Below the pieces are notes generated by a model, which was given only the letters and a program-made list of their open reading frames with translations, had not been told where the DNA came from and ran no database searches. Positions 61,410 to 64,000 of a DNA stretch of 64,000 bases are shown piece after piece. This DNA is from Candidatus Poribacteria bacterium. Its GTDB lineage: Bacteria > Poribacteria > WGA-4E > PCPOR2b. How positions within the stretch are numbered: position 1 is the first letter of the stretch; each line of letters starts with the position of its first letter. Where the stretch lies: contig OZ240245.1 of NCBI GenBank assembly GCA_965198175.1, forward strand, positions 1,600,001-1,664,000. The letters run 5' to 3'. Both the position numbers and the translations under genes were made by a program.

Positions 61410-62225
61410 TCACTTAAGGGAGGTACGATCTGTCTTGAGGCCACCCCACGCTACCGCCAGCTTCGCACCAGGCTCAACTGGCAGAACGCCCTGAATGCCT
61501 CCATTGAAATGCTTCAACACGTCCGGGTGGGTCCACGCCTGGTGGGCAACGATCGCTTCATCGATAAGGCCCTCGAAAAATAGGTAGTGCTCTGTCATGC
61601 CGATTGTGAGTGGGTTGTTGATTCCCTCGGGAATCTCCTGCTTTGCCGTCTGTTCACCAAACAGTTCACCATCGAGATAATGTGTGTACTGTTTTCCCTT
61701 CCTGACAAGCGTGGCGTGGTACCACCGGTCAAGCTCGGGAGTCCCTATAAACTCAGAGCGGATCCAGTCGACGTTATTGTCCCCTCGATTGACGTGGAAC
61801 ACGAGCGTGCCGCCTAAAAACTCCCAGACAGCCTTCTTCGACTCTGCTGCACCGCCATCATCGTGTCCGATTAGGCCAAACACGCCGGGTTCTTTGGAGA
61901 AATTTATCCACATCGCCAACGTAAAGTCAGTGCCATGCAGCTGGAAGCTTTCATTATTCGCGACCTCCGCGCGGGCGGGTTCTTTCACGCCCAGGCACTT
62001 TCCGAACTTCCCGTTACCCCATTTGGCGCCCTCCACCAGGACGGCGTGGTTACCATGTGGAGAGACGTCAGCGGCCTCTTTGCCTGCTCCTTCGTCAAAC
62101 GGCAACGCAACCACAAGCGCATCCCGGTCAATTAGTGCCTCTGCTCCAATGGAAAAAGCCCACACCAAAGCGATGAACAGGGCGACGCTAATCAGCGCTC
62201 TTTTTATTTGTTCAGTTAGCCCCAC
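61410..62225 (-). CDS. Secreted LamG / concanavalin-A-like domain protein
   Basis: Signal peptide; FDEGAG..AADVS..GN; GKFGK.L; WYHA...YLDG; FEGLIDE; GTG at 62225 after AGAGGA. Confidence 0.88.
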   Translation of the reverse strand: MGLTEQIKRALISVALFIALVWAFSIGAEALIDRDALVVALPFDEGAGKEAADVSPHGNHAVLVEGAKWGNGKFGKCLGVKEPARAEVANNESFQLHGTDFTLAMWINFSKEPGVFGLIGHDDGGAAESKKAVWEFLGGTLVFHVNRGDNNVDWIRSEFIGTPELDRWYHATLVRKGKQYTHYLDGELFGEQTAKQEIPEGINNPLTIGMTEHYLFFEGLIDEAIVAHQAWTHPDVLKHFNGGIQGVLPVEPGAKLAVAWGGLKTDRTSLK

Positions 62226-62649
62226 AATTTTTCCTCTTAATAGTTTAGTTAGTATTGACTCCGATAAATACTCGGTTCTGTTCACATTTCAACAGAGTCA
62301 GATGAGAGTGGAGACAAAGTTACGAACTCCAAAATAACGGACGACTAACTTCTCGAACCGAGAGAACACTCGACGCCCCCTGCCGAATCGTCGAGCTGCC
62401 GATGCGTCCGCCGAAGGTTATAGCATCATTCTTTTACTGCCACAACTCTCCATTCAACTGTCAACACAACCTAGGGTATAATTGGAGGAACTACCCTAGA
62501 AGTTTGGGAGGATTATCGTAATAGTTCAAGATTTTGTGTCGGCAACAGATTGACTCGTTGACATTTTCCGCTGGCTAGCCTAACTCGCTGTGCTTCTGGC
62601 ACTAATCCAAAGACCATACCGTCGCGAGTCCGACCATTCTGCGCCTTCC

Positions 62650-63570
62650 TTAGTTTTGAGCATCCGCGTAACCGTCGCCGTTATTGTATCGCCAGTTCGG
62701 CAGATAACCTTCCGATTTCCCAAAGCCATAAGACGGACCGATTTGGTTTCCTGTTGACCACGGCCACCCTTGTCCACCGATTACCCGAAATTCAGCTCCC
62801 TTGCCGCACAACCAGTAGAACATATGGGCAACATATCTGGCAAAAGTGTGTCCACCATAATAGGTTGTGTGAAAGTCAAAGTCGGGTTCAACAATCCAAT
62901 CCCTCGTTGGTAGTTCGGTTCGCCAATAGTTGTATTTTAGCATATGGCGTGTACCTGTAGCAGTGGATGGACCTTTGCGATGTAGAATACATTGATGGTG
63001 GATGATAAGTGAACCAGCGGGACCGGAGGATAGAACCCCTCTATCTTCAGGTCCACGATGCGTGGGCTGAATGTGCGATCCAGGTACTAGCTCAGTTGGT
63101 CCTAGCTCTACTGGGGTGTCCTGAGGATAATAGAACACTTCCACAAAGTTGAGTTCTGGCCCAAATACATGGTCGGCATCATGATGCCATCCCTGTGGTG
63201 GAGATGGACATTGAGTACCGTGATGACTAATCAAGACCGGTAGCCCCACGTTCTGACCGAGCAGCGACCGAAGTGCACCGCCGATTTGGCGGTTGAGAAC
63301 GACATTCTCTATGAACCAATCCTCAAGAAAGATTGTGCTTGGTTCGTGAGAGTTACGAATTCGCTCTAAATCTGCGGTTGTAAGTCCTTTGGGAATATAA
63401 CTGGGGTTAGCTGGCAGCCTTCCTTCTAAGTAATCACATGTTCGTTGGTTCGTTTCATCATCGACAACACCTTCCAGGATTATGTAACCATTCTTACAAA
63501 AGTCTAGAACCTGTGTGTCGGTAAGGGTGGGTTCGCAATCAAATGTTCGATTTGCTTTATCGTATTGCAT
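62650..63570 (-). CDS. Phytanoyl-CoA dioxygenase (PhyH) family Fe/2OG oxygenase, copy 2
   Basis: Same motifs as copy 1 and collinear with it over the full length. Confidence 0.9.
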   Translation of the reverse strand: MQYDKANRTFDCEPTLTDTQVLDFCKNGYIILEGVVDDETNQRTCDYLEGRLPANPSYIPKGLTTADLERIRNSHEPSTIFLEDWFIENVVLNRQIGGALRSLLGQNVGLPVLISHHGTQCPSPPQGWHHDADHVFGPELNFVEVFYYPQDTPVELGPTELVPGSHIQPTHRGPEDRGVLSSGPAGSLIIHHQCILHRKGPSTATGTRHMLKYNYWRTELPTRDWIVEPDFDFHTTYYGGHTFARYVAHMFYWLCGKGAEFRVIGGQGWPWSTGNQIGPSYGFGKSEGYLPNWRYNNGDGYADAQN

Positions 63571-63673
63571 CGCTTGATTACCTCAATCTTGATTTTCTGT
63601 TGTAAAAAAAAATGAGAGGAATTATAGAGGTCGTTATGCGCTTGAACGATTTCTGACCTCAAGATAGTGTGAA

Positions 63674-63702
63674 ATTATAGCACAACATGGAAAAAAATGC
63701 AA
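63674..63702 (-). promoter_or_regulatory. Sigma70-type promoter with extended -10 for PhyH copy 2
   Basis: Minus strand TTGCAT, 17 bp, TGc-TATAAT. Confidence 0.6.
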
Positions 63703-64000
63703 AAAATCTGTCGAATTGTCAAGATTTAGTGTCTTCCGCTGTTTGTTAGGATGGATGCGGTGGCGTAAGAAAGACGTTTTGTCGTTGACGGCTATCGTAA
63801 ATTTTACTAGACTTAGAGAACAACAGACCTGAGTTGTGACTGCTAGCTAATGAGAATTATCTCAGTCAAGAACAGCTTGGGTGACTACACCAAGAGAATA
63901 CCATGGAAGTTACTAGTGCGCTGTCGGACAAATTCAAAATGGTTGTGCCGTGCACTATGGGCAGGACATCGCTGTTCCAATATTCGCGAGACTAAGCAAC

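Noticed and set aside
61030..61494. 154-aa plus-strand ORF with GGAGG, or an IS remnant (DARW in another frame)
   Set aside because: No recognisable family, it overlaps the LamG gene end, and there are no terminal inverted repeats or DDE motif.

Overview
Bacterial chromosomal segment. The gene content (LRR, TPR, LVIVD and LamG repeat proteins, FlgD-Ig/T9SS-CTD-like 'NYPNPFNPETWIP' tails, a C-terminal 'VEPxxKLAxxWGxLK' motif, paralogous PhyH dioxygenases) suggests Candidatus Poribacteria or a related sponge/marine lineage; this is an inference, not a database result. 1-16.1 kb (+) is accessory: an LRR/Big/FlgD surface protein, orphan dppBC permeases, TauE, an M30-like protease-LVIVD protein, a frameshifted DnaJ-TPR array, and an unusual fusion of a beta-sliding-clamp-like domain, a TonB-like anchor and DUF4159. 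16.2-35.3 kb (+) is the str-S10-spc-alpha ribosomal cluster, which lacks rpmD, adk, map and infA and has several atypical residues and insertions. 35.4-64 kb (mostly -) holds a VWA/DUF4159/DUF4175 operon, a CRTAC1-like protein, rho-rpmE-prfA-prmC, nadC with neighbours, a decayed SLC13 transporter, an M20 hydrolase, a beta-helix protein, two PhyH paralogs, a PolB-like exonuclease and a LamG protein. No rRNA, tRNA, CRISPR array, intact transposase or reverse transcriptase was recognised. All family calls come from motif recognition by eye.
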